Assembly: GCA_026026165.1 (NCBI GenBank)
Contig: JAPEUD010000003.1
Span: forward strand, 186,001-250,000
Direction: 5' to 3'
DNA from: Sarea resinae
Taxonomy: Eukaryota
Length of the DNA: 64,000 nt
The stretch's first letter is position 1. Every line of letters begins with the position of its first letter. Below are positions 62,724-64,000 of the stretch, one piece after another. A model generated the notes under the pieces. That model saw nothing but the letters and a program-made list of their open reading frames with translations, was not told the origin of the DNA and made no database searches. The translations under genes were made by a program, and so were the position numbers.

Positions 62724-63372
62724 AAGGGGAAGGCGCAATGAGAGACAAAGAAAAGGAAAAAAAGGCCTGGACGGAAACGCTTTTAGCTGAGAAGAACGAA
62801 GGAAAGAATAATGGCAGCCAGCTACGTGAAGGACGATACTGGTCGGCTGGTCGGTCGGTTGATCTAGCACGGGATTTTATTTTTAGAAAAAAACAAGGTT
62901 CCTGCAAACTTTTCTTCCTTCCTGCCTGCTCGTATTGCTTTCTCTTTTCCGTATGTCCCGAAGTCGTTTCATCATCTTTCTTCCCCCTCTCGACTCCGAG
63001 GGTGTTTTTTGCTGCTTATTTCTTTGATCAGGGGAGAACTTTCCATCATCTTTGCTCGATATGGCTTAAAATGAAGAACACTGTGCGGAGAGAGAGAGAG
63101 AGAAAAAGGAAGCGCCAAGGCCAAAGATGCAAGGTTAGAACAAGGAGACCTTGGCTCGCAGGTCATTGTATCTTTGTTGAAATAATGGCAGATGAGGTGA
63201 AGTTGAAAATGACGTAGATGGCGCCGATGACGCCGAGTGACACCGCTGACGCCACGAAAAGAAGACATCATTGATAAGAAGGATGATAATGGTAGTGAAT
63301 GGATAGGGAGGTGAGTGGTTGCTATTCGGACTAGTCCGGTGGAGGTGAAAGCGGTAGAAGTGGCTATCCTGC

Positions 63373-64000
63373 TTATGATCCAACAACAGCTTGGGCGGGG
63401 TCCTGGGTGGAATGGTGGGCGTGGAAACCATCGAGAGTGACATTGACGGCTCCGGCTTGGACAAGCTGGGAAAGAATCAGTATTGTCCAATGACGAAAGA
63501 ATGGCAGACAGTGGAAGAATTGGGGAAACCTACCGCGCGTCTCAAATCATCGATCAAGTCCTCGACATCCTCGATCCCGACGCACAGCCGGATGATATCC
63601 TCAGGCATGTTCCTCTCGGCCCGAGTCTTGGCATCGATGCTGGCGTGGCTCATGCGGCACGGCATGCTGATGAGACTGTTGACACAGCCAAATGAAACAC
63701 TAATCGCCCACAACCGCGCCGCTTCGACGATACGCTCGCTGATCTGCACGTCGCCCGTCTCAAACGAGAGCACGGCGCCCGCTCCACGTGCCATGCTCCA
63801 GTGCAGGTCGTATTGAGGGTGCGACTTGAGGCCCGGGTACCGGACGCGGAAGCCATGGGATTCAAGGAATTCGGCAATTCGCTGGGCGTTAGATTGCTGT
63901 TTTTCCATACGCACGCCCAGAGTCTTGATGCCGCGAAGGAGAAGCCAGGAGTCAAAGGGTGAGAGGCCGCAGCCTGAGGCATTGATCGTGAAGAAGAGCC
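63373..64000 (-). CDS. STR3: Cystathionine beta-lyase (PLP-dependent Cys/Met metabolism family), 3' part only
   Basis: Exon 64000-63534 has GLSPFDSWLLLRGIKTLGVRM, YPGLKSHPQ, ISVSFGCVNSLISMPCRMSHASI, IRLCVGIEDVEDLIDDL. Last exon 63465-63373 is LVQAGAVNVTLDGFHA...GS*. Confidence 0.9.

Noticed and set aside
62390..63217. 275-aa plus-strand ORF
   Set aside because: Composed of (CA)n, poly-G and (GA)n repeats in the spacer between convergent genes.

Overview
Eukaryotic nuclear DNA from a filamentous ascomycete (Pezizomycotina-like), judged from short GT-AG introns with CTRAC-type branch points and typical fungal gene content. About 18 genes can be reconstructed by hand, several invisible in the ORF track because they are split into small exons. 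In order: FKBP12, GH15-CBM20 glucoamylase, a conserved hypothetical protein, a small dsRBM-like protein, HOS3, a 10-exon LaeA/TAM-like methyltransferase, MSB2, AFG1, a 1097-aa repeat-containing protein, BEM1, THP3-like, VPS36, an orphan membrane protein, CUZ1-like, a peptidase-C45/acyltransferase, ATP19, MTFP1 and the 3' part of cystathionine beta-lyase. I recognised no tRNA, rRNA, CRISPR array or intact transposon. Best leads: a 17 x 21-aa hydrophobic repeat array inside Msb2; a 'YQFTTGQDSLEADL' repeat family in the 1097-aa protein; a methyltransferase intact except for an AT-AG intron and an eroded GxGxG motif; a CpG-free, TpA-rich RIP-like island made of simple repeats; a recurring TACGGAGTA/GTAC intergenic motif; and a possible N-myristoylation signal on the C45 enzyme. 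I cannot support a claim of a complete novel multi-gene system. All family calls come from motif recognition, not database searches.
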